A stretch of DNA of 64,000 nucleotides from positions 5,636-69,635 of the IMG/VR virus record IMGVR_UViG_3300033141_003629; one strand, given 5' to 3'. Source of the stretch: a virus. This document shows, one piece after another, positions 39,696 to 48,242 of this stretch. Position 1 is the stretch's first letter; each line of letters opens with the position of its first letter. The notes under the pieces were generated by a model. It was not told the DNA's origin and did no database searches. It saw only the letters and a program-made list of their open reading frames with translations. Made by a program: the position numbers and the translations under genes.

Positions 39696-40347
39696 CTTCT
39701 CTCCTCACTGGAATAAAAAAGTTTGAAGAAACAAGTTTTGGAAATAAACGATTTTTTGTTACTTTGGTCTTAATATTATAACCTATAATTTTATTGCCTT
39801 TTTTTATTTGGGTTTTATTGGTTAATTTTATTTGTATATCTATGTTGGGAGTTATGGTTCTATATTTTGCACTTACAGTTTTTCTCCGTTTTATATCTTT
39901 TCTAATTTGATTAGTTAAAAACACAGCACATTCTGATAGATGAACCGCACTTACGAATTCTGCCCAGCCTTTTTTTGATAAATCTAGGGCTGCGATTGAA
40001 TCTATGAAAATAACATCAACTAGAGCAAGAAGGCTTTTATAATGCTGAATGAAGTGGTCTGGATTTATAATATAAAGAAGCTCTAAGTCTACTCCAATAA
40101 AACTACCATATGACGAGTCGAAGCAATAGTCTGCATTAACAAACATAACTGAATTTTGCTGTTGTAATTTTTTTATTAGTTCTAGACAAAGAGTAGTTTT
40201 TCCAACTCCAGGCCCCCCAAAAAATTCATATATTTTGCCTTTTGGGAGGGAAGCAGACCCAAAAATTTGAAAGAAATTGCTTATATCTATCGAAGCAACA
40301 TTTTTTGGGTATGGATAAAGTTGATTTTCTAGATTTTTTAAGTCCAT
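39688..40347 (-). CDS. short divergent RecA-family paralog
   Basis: Walker A GGPGVGKT, Walker B IFIDS, NQIR, KVTKNR; 219 aa. Confidence 0.8.
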   Translation of the reverse strand: MDLKNLENQLYPYPKNVASIDISNFFQIFGSASLPKGKIYEFFGGPGVGKTTLCLELIKKLQQQNSVMFVNADYCFDSSYGSFIGVDLELLYIINPDHFIQHYKSLLALVDVIFIDSIAALDLSKKGWAEFVSAVHLSECAVFLTNQIRKDIKRRKTVSAKYRTITPNIDIQIKLTNKTQIKKGNKIIGYNIKTKVTKNRLFPKLVSSNFFIPVRREDA

Positions 40348-40505
40348 ATTAATTTTCTTTCTCTAACTTGATTAAGTCTCTTTTATGCTTATGATAGTAG
40401 CGAATTGCCTTCCAAGTCAAATCGTCAAATACACATTGTCTATAAAACTTTTGTTTAAATTTAGGAATCCTCACTTTAATTTTTTTTGAATATCTCATTA
40501 TATAA

Positions 40506-41930
40506 TTATAGTATTTTACTAATATTGTTTTCTCTTTTTACTTGTATCATTTTAACATCTTTAATTTCATCTATATTCTGATAAATTAGAAAGACTTGAT
40601 ATGGCAAAGACTTTAAAATATCCAACAGCTTGTGAAGATTATTTAACTTTAATTCATTTAGTCCTTCATCTAATATGATAATCCCTCTTGTAATTCCATT
40701 TTGCAAAAGAATAGCCAATTTAAAAATGACGGACAAGAATATCCCCTGCCCACCAGATAGGTCATTGTAATCAAGTTCTCTACCATTTTCTATGATAGTA
40801 AGAAACTGCTTATCTGCCGAAAAAATAACAGAAAGCCCAATTTCTTTTAGTAAATCATTTATAATATAGGTAAGATTATTTAACCATTTTTGAATATACC
40901 AACCAGAAAAATTATCTAGCACTTTAATGGCTGCTGTATATAACTCAACATCTGCCCTGGTATATCTATAATCTACAAATTTTTTTGCTGCTTTTAGTTT
41001 TATTAATGCTGAAGAGATTTTTTCATAGCGAATATTTAGTACTTGTAAATTATCTTCAACATATGCTAAATCATTTAACAAAGTATTTAGGGATTTTTCA
41101 TATTCTTTTTTTTCTACGGCTAATTTATCTATTTCTTCTTTTGATTTACCTTTTATAGCAGCTATTTTTTTTGTTCCTAAAATTGTTCCACATGTAGGAC
41201 ATTTTTTTGTTTTTATCTGTTCGGCTACATCTTTATTATTTTTTATAATATAATCTATAGACCTTATCTTGCCGGATAACTCGCTTTGTTTCTTTAAAAG
41301 GGTTTTTTGCTCTTCTTTAAACTTATTAATTTGATTAGAAAAGGTTTCTTTGGCGTTGATTAATATATTTTCTCTTTTTTTTGATATGTAGAAAGTATAT
41401 AATTTTTTATCTATATTATATGTCTCTCTTTCTAATTTCTTATTAAGTAGACTTTTTCTAATATCTGAAAAATCAGCATCAATAAAAGCCATCAATTCTT
41501 TTCTGAGTGTAACAATGCTTCTGGTATCTTTAGCATAGTCCAGGAGATTAATACTATTTTTATTAATAAGGCGATACTTCTGAAAAAAAGTATAATCTCC
41601 AATTTTTTTATCTATCCATGCTTGCTTGAGTGTGGTAGTATTAAATTGAATTTCTATTTCACCTTCATAAATATGTAGTTCATTTGGAACGCTTCGTACA
41701 ATCTTGAATTCGTCTGTTTCTAATTCAACTGTTGTGGATTTTTCTCCAAAAGAAATAAGTCTTTTCAATTTCGTTCCACTTGCGTTACCATACAGAGCAA
41801 AGATTATTGCTTTTAGTATGGTAGTTTTTCCAGAATAGTTTTCCCCTCTAATAATATTGGTCTTACCAAAAGAAAGTTCTTCTTTTGGAAAAAGTTTAAA
41901 ATTGTTGAGTTTTAGAGATTTTAATCGCAT
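40506..41930 (-). CDS. SbcC/Rad50 (gp46-like) ATPase
   Basis: GENYSGKTT, CPTC zinc hook, LSGGQ, ILDEG. Confidence 0.9.
   Translation of the reverse strand: MRLKSLKLNNFKLFPKEELSFGKTNIIRGENYSGKTTILKAIIFALYGNASGTKLKRLISFGEKSTTVELETDEFKIVRSVPNELHIYEGEIEIQFNTTTLKQAWIDKKIGDYTFFQKYRLINKNSINLLDYAKDTRSIVTLRKELMAFIDADFSDIRKSLLNKKLERETYNIDKKLYTFYISKKRENILINAKETFSNQINKFKEEQKTLLKKQSELSGKIRSIDYIIKNNKDVAEQIKTKKCPTCGTILGTKKIAAIKGKSKEEIDKLAVEKKEYEKSLNTLLNDLAYVEDNLQVLNIRYEKISSALIKLKAAKKFVDYRYTRADVELYTAAIKVLDNFSGWYIQKWLNNLTYIINDLLKEIGLSVIFSADKQFLTIIENGRELDYNDLSGGQGIFLSVIFKLAILLQNGITRGIIILDEGLNELKLNNLHKLLDILKSLPYQVFLIYQNIDEIKDVKMIQVKRENNISKIL
41866..41912. repeat. 47-bp direct repeat, copy 1 (5' end of sbcC)
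   Basis: ccaaaagaaagttcttcttttggaaaaagtttaaaattgttgagttt, identical to 43135-43181. Confidence 0.95.
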
Positions 41931-41936
41931 CAGTCC

Positions 41937-43064
41937 TCATTTTTGTTTATAATTCTTTGTATTATCAATTGATTTAAAAATATGAGCAATTACATCCACT
42001 GTCCATCCATTACCTAACATTTTATATCTTTGTGAATCACTAACTCCTAATGTATAGTTATCTGGAACAGTTTGTAATCTTTCACATTCTAAGGGAGTTA
42101 ATTTTCTCCAAGTTAATTTGGATGTTGTAATTTTTGGTTCTCTATGTCCGCCTGTCATAGTGGTAAGTGTTGGACACTTACCATTTATATCGTATGTTCT
42201 TTTAATGATATCAAAACCTTTTAAATTTGCTATTCCTGTTTGTATAAGTAAATTATTATATTGCCTCATACTTGGGGTTTTCCCATTTTTCGCCTTAATT
42301 CCGCCTTTATTTACTCCATGAGGTAATTGAAAAATTAATTGTCTTCGTTTTTTATTAAAATATTGTTTTAGGTTTCCGCCTTTAAAATAATTACTATCAA
42401 TGCAATAACTTTTATCTTTATCTACAATTTGATAAGATTTATTTTTATATATATTATCCCACTCTTGTTTACTTCCTACAGGACTATTTCTACCACTAAC
42501 ACGGACTATTTTGGATTTTTTTCTTAATAAATTAACCTCATAATTTGGTTGTTTTTCTAAAATATCTTTTAAATAAATTTTTTTATCTTTGGGTTGTTTT
42601 ATATTTGGAATGTTAGTCCAATATAATCTTTTTCTGTTTTGAGCTGAAACTAATGCACTATTAATTAAAATGGGTTCTACCCCCATTAATTCTGAAATTT
42701 TATTTTGAAATTCTTTTTTCATTTTTACGTTTTCTAAAAGAAAATATTTAGGTTTAGTTTCTTTTAATAATCTAACAAATTCAAAAAATAATTTACTTCT
42801 TGGGTCATTAAAATTTAATTGTTTCCCTGCAAAACTAAATCCTTGACATGGAGAACCGCCCATAAGAATATCAATTTTAGGCAAATCTTTTCCATTTATT
42901 TTTGTAATATCTCCTAATTGAATAGTATTTGGATAATTTGATTGTGTTACTTTGATAGCATATTTATCAATTTCTGATGCAAAATATTTATCAACCTTAA
43001 TACCTGCACGTTCTAATGCAATTTGCCCACAACTCATTCCATCAAATAAACTTAGTACATTCAT
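41937..43064 (-). CDS. orphan DNA cytosine-C5 methyltransferase
   Basis: LSLFDG, GGSPCQ, LLENV, QNRKRLYW, LTPLECERLQ, LGNGW. Confidence 0.95.
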   Translation of the reverse strand: MNVLSLFDGMSCGQIALERAGIKVDKYFASEIDKYAIKVTQSNYPNTIQLGDITKINGKDLPKIDILMGGSPCQGFSFAGKQLNFNDPRSKLFFEFVRLLKETKPKYFLLENVKMKKEFQNKISELMGVEPILINSALVSAQNRKRLYWTNIPNIKQPKDKKIYLKDILEKQPNYEVNLLRKKSKIVRVSGRNSPVGSKQEWDNIYKNKSYQIVDKDKSYCIDSNYFKGGNLKQYFNKKRRQLIFQLPHGVNKGGIKAKNGKTPSMRQYNNLLIQTGIANLKGFDIIKRTYDINGKCPTLTTMTGGHREPKITTSKLTWRKLTPLECERLQTVPDNYTLGVSDSQRYKMLGNGWTVDVIAHIFKSIDNTKNYKQK

Positions 43065-43118
43065 TTTAATATCTCTCTATTTTTAACTTTTTTTCCTTTT
43101 AGATATTTTTAGTAGTAT

Positions 43119-43199
43119 CTATTGTGATTTTTCTCCAAAAGAAAGTTCTTCTTTTGGAAAAAGTTTAAAATTGTTGAGTTTAAGTGATTTAATATTCAT
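43119..43199 (-). pseudogene. remnant of an sbcC 5' end (26 aa), containing repeat copy 2
   Basis: MNIKSLKLNNFKLFPKEELSFGEKSQ* versus sbcC MRLKSLKLNNFKLFPKEELSFGKT. Confidence 0.85.
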
Positions 43200-43290
43200 T
43201 AATTAGATAAACCTATATAATCCATTCTAGTACAGAATTCAAAAAATAATAAAAGTAACCATACGATTATTAAGAGTATAATTAGGGTTT

Positions 43291-43869
43291 TCATTGTTCT
43301 GTAAACTCTTTTTTGCATATTTGACATATCGCCTTTAAATCAACAGCACATCGAACAGTGGTGCATTCACAGCGATACTTTTTCATTTTAGTAGGTCCAA
43401 TAAGAGAGATATGTTTTTTTCTATAAAGCTCAAACACTTTATAATTTATTTTTAAATCCTTTAAAATAATTTGAAGTCGCTTAGTTGGTTTGGTAAACGC
43501 CCACCCATGTCTTCCTTCTTTTTCGCAGTTTAAACCGTAATTTTCTGCTTTTATCTTGAAATTTTTATTGTGATATCCAGAGTTGCTGCAGTCTTTTATT
43601 TTTTCACAATGATTAGCATAGTGTGCCATTTCATGTATAAGTGTTTCTATTGGGCGTCGTTTTAATTCTTCTGCACAAATGTTTATTTCTCCAACTTCAT
43701 TTTTTCCTCGTTTCCAACGATTAGCCCCAAACCAGCCGAGAATAGTTTTGTTTCGCCCTTTTGTTTGAACAGTTATAATTGGCCTAGGATACTTAAATTT
43801 AAATTTCTTATTCACAGCATCATAGATTCGTTCAAGTTCTTTAATTATAGGAATGATTGAGTTATTCAT
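43291..43869 (-). CDS. SprT-like zinc metalloprotease
   Basis: EINI..E, TLIHEMAH, YHN..FK..A...GL, Cys-rich tail. Confidence 0.85.
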   Translation of the reverse strand: MNNSIIPIIKELERIYDAVNKKFKFKYPRPIITVQTKGRNKTILGWFGANRWKRGKNEVGEINICAEELKRRPIETLIHEMAHYANHCEKIKDCSNSGYHNKNFKIKAENYGLNCEKEGRHGWAFTKPTKRLQIILKDLKINYKVFELYRKKHISLIGPTKMKKYRCECTTVRCAVDLKAICQICKKEFTEQ

Positions 43870-43969
43870 AATTTTTAATATGGCTCGTATTCATAAATTT
43901 CGCCAACACCAAACATAAATAGAGATTTACAGTTCGGCATGGATGAGACTAATTGTTCAACTTTGAATT

Positions 43970-44947
43970 TCATTTTATTTCATTTAAAATAATGCTGGAA
44001 ATTTCGGCATTTATTTCTTTCTCTTTACTATATGCTTCAAAAGATTCTTGTAGATTTTTAGTATCTTTTTCTTCTCCAAAAAGAGGGGTAGAATTAAATA
44101 ATTCAAATCTATTTTCTCTAACAAACTTTATAAATTTTTGCTTATATTTATCTTCTACATCTAAGAAGTTATGATAATTTTTGAAATCATGGATAAGCAC
44201 TTTGACCTTTGTTTTTGGCTTTAATTTGTCTAAATACTGACAAAGGGCCTCAAAATTGCTTGAATTTTGAGCAAAAAAGCCCTTTTTAGGCACTTTTTTT
44301 TGTGCTTGGTCCCAGGAGTCTAATTTATTTTCTTTCTTTTTACATAAGTCTAACTGCACCATAGGGATAGGAGATTTTAATGGAATAAACGTATGCTTTT
44401 CATTTACTCCTTTATAGTCGGTGATTAAAATTATTCCCTTTGTATCGTTGGCTTCATCAAAAGAAACAAAACGACAGCTACCTATTCCAGTAATATGCTC
44501 TTTCTGATAAAAAGAATGAATATGCCCCAAATAAACATGCTTATATTTTTTTAGGTCTTTAAGAGAAAGCTTGGCATCATAATTTTTTGGACTTTCTTTT
44601 ATAGAGAAATGTCCACAGAATAAATGTTCTCCATCTTCATAAGATTTAACAATGCGAATAGAATTATTTAACATCCCCAGGTGATTGAGTATTGATTCTT
44701 CATGGGTTGTAGATTCGTGACTATCTGCAGCAATTAATACTATAGGCTTACCACAATCGACGATGAACTGAGAAAATAAGTCAAGTTCGGCACTTCCAGG
44801 CTTATAACTATCGAATGTATCTCCCAAATTAATTATTTTATTTATTTTATATTCAATACAAAGATTAACAATCTCTCTTAAAATTTCTCTACATTCTTCA
44901 AGAGATTCTTTAGTTATATGAAGGTCTGAGAATAAAAGAATATTCAT
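43970..44947 (-). CDS. SbcD/Mre11 (gp47-like) nuclease
   Basis: FSDLH, LGDTFD, DSHE, GH, LGHIH, GS....F.E. Confidence 0.85.
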   Translation of the reverse strand: MNILLFSDLHITKESLEECREILREIVNLCIEYKINKIINLGDTFDSYKPGSAELDLFSQFIVDCGKPIVLIAADSHESTTHEESILNHLGMLNNSIRIVKSYEDGEHLFCGHFSIKESPKNYDAKLSLKDLKKYKHVYLGHIHSFYQKEHITGIGSCRFVSFDEANDTKGIILITDYKGVNEKHTFIPLKSPIPMVQLDLCKKKENKLDSWDQAQKKVPKKGFFAQNSSNFEALCQYLDKLKPKTKVKVLIHDFKNYHNFLDVEDKYKQKFIKFVRENRFELFNSTPLFGEEKDTKNLQESFEAYSKEKEINAEISSIILNEIK

Positions 44948-45128
44948 TTTATTTTTTTATTTAAGAATGTTTTTAATTCTTTTGCTTCTTTCATAGATAG
45001 AACAATATTTCTACTTTTTTCGTCCATAACAAGCAACGCTTCTTCTGATTTAGAATTTGGATATATTATTTTTTCTACTATAGAAGGTTGTATTGTTATA
45101 ATCTCTACTTGCATATTTTCCTTTTTAA

Positions 45129-45473
45129 TTAAAAGAATAGAAGCACACCATATTCATCATCCGATATAGTATAATAGATGGTTTTTACTCCTTTGGCCCT
45201 AAGCTTGGCCTCACAATTTGCACAGGGTTTTGCTAGTTTAAAAAACTTGCCGTTTTTATTTAGTCTTACAACATAGACCTCACTTCCAAAATCGAGCTTA
45301 GAAGCGAGCCTTGTTTCTGCGTGGCACTCTGGCGTAGCTTCTGAATTTCTTAAATTAGTCGAATGAACAATCCTACCATCATTACGAATACCAATTGCTC
45401 CAAAATAATATCGTTTCCACGACTTATCTTTTAAAGCATAATATCTGGCTAGATTAAAAAATCGTCTATTCAT
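45129..45473 (-). CDS. zinc-dependent cytidine/dCMP deaminase-like protein
   Basis: HAE, YVVR, AKPC..C, IYYT; start at MNRRFF preferred. Confidence 0.8.
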   Translation of the reverse strand: MNRRFFNLARYYALKDKSWKRYYFGAIGIRNDGRIVHSTNLRNSEATPECHAETRLASKLDFGSEVYVVRLNKNGKFFKLAKPCANCEAKLRAKGVKTIYYTISDDEYGVLLFF

Positions 45474-45768
45474 TGTGCTTCTTTCTTTTCTTCTTCTTTT
45501 TTGGCTTTTCTTTTGTAGGTAAGTTATAGACTTGATTAATTTCTTCCGTAAGTTCATTTAATCTCTGAAGTCTTAATTCAAAAATCCTATCAAAGATTTC
45601 TTTACATCTTAAACATACTTCTTTTCCTTCTTTTTTAACCATGCCAATTAACTCTGCATAACTACTGTGCAAGGTTCGCATATTTGTTGGTGGAGCAATA
45701 TATAAAAAATAAATTTCGTTTTCCTTTACTGGCTGACCACAGAGGTCACAGTAGATTACTGTTGCCAC
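45466..45768 (-). CDS. zinc-ribbon protein
   Basis: CDLC...CLRC; GTG start with AAGGAG SD. Confidence 0.65.
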   Translation of the reverse strand: MATVIYCDLCGQPVKENEIYFLYIAPPTNMRTLHSSYAELIGMVKKEGKEVCLRCKEIFDRIFELRLQRLNELTEEINQVYNLPTKEKPKKKKKRKKHNE

Positions 45769-45835
45769 ATTAAACTCCTTTGGTTATACATTTAAAATAG
45801 CATAGCATATATCTTTTGTATATAAAGAAATTTTT

Positions 45836-46207
45836 TTACAGGTGCTCTCTCTTTGAATTGGGTTGAAATGAATTGATAATATATCTAAAAAAATTAGGTC
45901 GTTTGATTGTAATTCTTTTTGGGTATTTGTGGTATGGATAATAGTTATAGATTGTCCAATAATATTCAAAAATAAAATATAATGCAACTATAGAAGTCAA
46001 CACAATGAAAATATCTTTAACGAAAATACCATATCCTATCATCGGTATTCTTACAAGGAACGATATATTAGCAAACATTCTAGAGCAGTTTTTGGCTGTT
46101 TTATTTTTTAATATTTTGCGAGTCTGGAGGCGATATTTCCAGCCATCTACAAAACCACCAAAAACTAGCAAAAGACCTAAAATGCTCTGAATTATAATAT
46201 GTATCAT
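45836..46207 (-). CDS. PQ-loop/SemiSWEET-like small membrane protein
   Basis: Three hydrophobic helices; Q..KI...K.A...S motif. Confidence 0.6.
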   Translation of the reverse strand: MIHIIIQSILGLLLVFGGFVDGWKYRLQTRKILKNKTAKNCSRMFANISFLVRIPMIGYGIFVKDIFIVLTSIVALYFIFEYYWTIYNYYPYHKYPKRITIKRPNFFRYIINSFQPNSKREHL

Positions 46208-46230
46208 TATTATACACCTTCTTTATCTAA

Positions 46231-46260
46231 AGTATAACATAATTGGTGCTAGTTTGTCAA
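46231..46260 (-). promoter_or_regulatory. sigma70-type promoter
   Basis: TTGACA-18 nt-TATACT with extended TGn; upstream of 46207. Confidence 0.8.
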
Positions 46261-46273
46261 GAATTGTTTTATA

Positions 46274-46300
46274 TTTTTTTGGGGGAGGCCGAAGCCTCCC
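46274..46300 (-). promoter_or_regulatory. C(UUCG)G tetraloop hairpin followed by an A-tract
   Basis: GGGAGGC TTCG GCCTCCC CCAAAAAAA, just after the stop of 46306..46506. Confidence 0.7.
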
Positions 46301-46305
46301 ATATA

Positions 46306-46506
46306 TTACTTATTTTCTTTCTTCTTTCTTCTAGCGCGAATATCTTTCTTATCAGAATCAGTAAGTAACTGATTAGACCTCATCGTACTAAGAAACTTTA
46401 ATACTACTTTCATTGCCCGAAGAATTTTCTTTTCTGTAGTTACTTCGGGGTCTTTCTCTTCAATAAGTTTATCCAAATCCGAAAGAGCCGCTTCAATTGT
46501 AATCAT
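46306..46506 (-). CDS. small hypothetical protein
   Basis: AAGGAGG SD; basic C-terminus. Confidence 0.65.
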   Translation of the reverse strand: MITIEAALSDLDKLIEEKDPEVTTEKKILRAMKVVLKFLSTMRSNQLLTDSDKKDIRARRKKKENK

Positions 46507-46528
46507 ATACTTCCTCCTTTCATCTTTA

Positions 46529-46636
46529 TTATTTGCGCCCAGGAAGGCTACCTGTTACTGCTACATAAATATACATTCCTGCCCCACCAACAACTACACC
46601 AACAATAACTCCAATAACAACCCCCAAATTAAACAT
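46529..46636 (-). CDS. 35-aa glycine-zipper membrane peptide
   Basis: MFNLGVVIGVIVGVVVGGAGMYIYVAVTGSLPGRK; TAATG-coupled to spoVG, with GGAGG SD. Confidence 0.65.
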   Translation of the reverse strand: MFNLGVVIGVIVGVVVGGAGMYIYVAVTGSLPGRK

Positions 46637-46884
46637 TATTCCTCCGTTTCGTTATATTTTTCCAATACAGCTTTTTTAATTGCTTCTTCTACATCTTGAG
46701 TTATAGGCATAACCACATCATAATACTTTTCGTCCTTTCCTCTTTTTCTTGGATATGTTACATATAACTCGGTTTCTCCTTGCAAAAGTTTAATTCCATT
46801 CACCTTTATGTCATTAATTTCCACATCAAAAAACGCCTTAATCTTTCCTTCTGTTATTCGATTCATTCTCAATACTCTAATCAT
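46636..46884 (-). CDS. spoVG: SpoVG-family nucleic-acid-binding protein
   Basis: KAFFDV....I.V.GIKL..G....YV.YP......YYDVV.PI.......I..AVL..Y. Confidence 0.85.
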   Translation of the reverse strand: MIRVLRMNRITEGKIKAFFDVEINDIKVNGIKLLQGETELYVTYPRKRGKDEKYYDVVMPITQDVEEAIKKAVLEKYNETEE

Positions 46885-46964
46885 TTTTCCTCCTTTCTTT
46901 GTTTTTGTAAAAATTTGAGTCCTGGCTATTCATCAACAACAGCTTTATCAGAAGAATTATTTTT

Positions 46965-47567
46965 TCATTTTAATAACCCTGCTAATGCTAACACAAAAGC
47001 ATCTGCTTCGTCTTTTGTTTTAAATTCTAAATTAAAGTCGGTTTTTAAATAATCGTGGACTAAAGTTTTGCAATCTATTTTTTTTGCTTTGCCTTTATTT
47101 TTCCCCCTGGTAATGATGTGAGGTTTTATATTTCCTTTAGCCTTCTGTTTTCTTTGGTTAAATCCAATAAGACTTCTTGCTGTTGTTGCCCCCATATAAT
47201 AATAAACATCAAAATACTTTTTCAATAAAATATACGTAAGAATTCCAAAATGAGCGAGATGAATCAGCGTTTCTGGATTGCGCCCAAAAAAACATCGTTC
47301 TATAACTTGTATTTTTTGTTGTTTATATTTTTCAATTTCTTGTTTAAATTTTTCTAAAGCAGCAACATAATGGTCTGCTCTATGAAAGTGGTCGTCTTTA
47401 GCAGAAGTTTCAATTACTGCTGTTTTTTTAATAATAATTTCTGTTTTAGTGGCTTCTAAAATACAAATACCTGTATAGGCTTCAGCAACATCAAAGCCAA
47501 TAGAAATACAATTTCGCCGAACTATTTTCTTTAACTTTTTTTCTAATTTACTAATCTTCATTTTCAT
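46965..47567 (-). CDS. RuvC-like Holliday junction resolvase
   Basis: SIGFD....TG, VIE..F...N, DEADAF.LA. Confidence 0.8.
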   Translation of the reverse strand: MKMKISKLEKKLKKIVRRNCISIGFDVAEAYTGICILEATKTEIIIKKTAVIETSAKDDHFHRADHYVAALEKFKQEIEKYKQQKIQVIERCFFGRNPETLIHLAHFGILTYILLKKYFDVYYYMGATTARSLIGFNQRKQKAKGNIKPHIITRGKNKGKAKKIDCKTLVHDYLKTDFNLEFKTKDEADAFVLALAGLLK

Positions 47568-47699
47568 TTTTTAATTCAATCGCTTCATTAATAAATTTTA
47601 TAGAATCTTCTAAATAAATATTTTTTCTGCATTCTTTGTTGTGCATTGCCATTTGAATTCTTTCTTTTGCTAATTCGAGCCATTCAATAATAGTCATAT

Positions 47700-48242
47700 T
47701 TATCCTTGGTCTTTTGGAGTGACTAAGTCTTTAGTAGCAGCCAAATAATCCGCCATATAGACAACGAACTCCAATTTGCTGTATTTTTCTATAGGCTTTT
47801 TTATGCATTTCGGAGTCCAAAGCCCCATATGAAAACATATACAATTATTAATTTTTTGCAATATTTTATCATCCAAACCTACAACATCTACTGCAAAATA
47901 ATTGCAAGCATTTATTGGATGATTTTCATAATCCTCATATGTAGATTTATTTTTGTCTACTTTAGCAATATCATGCAAAATCCCCGCAGCTAAAACAATA
48001 TCTTTATCAATTCCTTTAATATCCAATCCGAGACATAGGCGACTAATAAAATAAATTGCTCTCTTAACGTGTACAATTAACCCGCCTTTTTTACAAGTAC
48101 ACGCTGGGTGATGTTTGCCAGTTGAAGAAGCCATACCAATGTAAAAATAATCTGGGGTATTTTCTAATGACTTTTTAACAAATTCACGAATAGCGTTATT
48201 AGAAATCAATGCTATTTCTTTATCTAATACATCCGCCTTCAT
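47700..48242 (-). CDS. HD-domain phosphohydrolase (YhaM-like core) from an internal start
   Basis: AAGGAGGAG directly upstream of the in-frame ATG at 48242 (MKADVLDKE). Confidence 0.65.
   Translation of the reverse strand: MKADVLDKEIALISNNAIREFVKKSLENTPDYFYIGMASSTGKHHPACTCKKGGLIVHVKRAIYFISRLCLGLDIKGIDKDIVLAAGILHDIAKVDKNKSTYEDYENHPINACNYFAVDVVGLDDKILQKINNCICFHMGLWTPKCIKKPIEKYSKLEFVVYMADYLAATKDLVTPKDQG

Noticed and set aside
41937-43869. Restriction-modification system or transposon around the MTase
   Set aside because: No adjacent restriction nuclease, transposase or terminal inverted repeats; the flanking repeat is sbcC-derived
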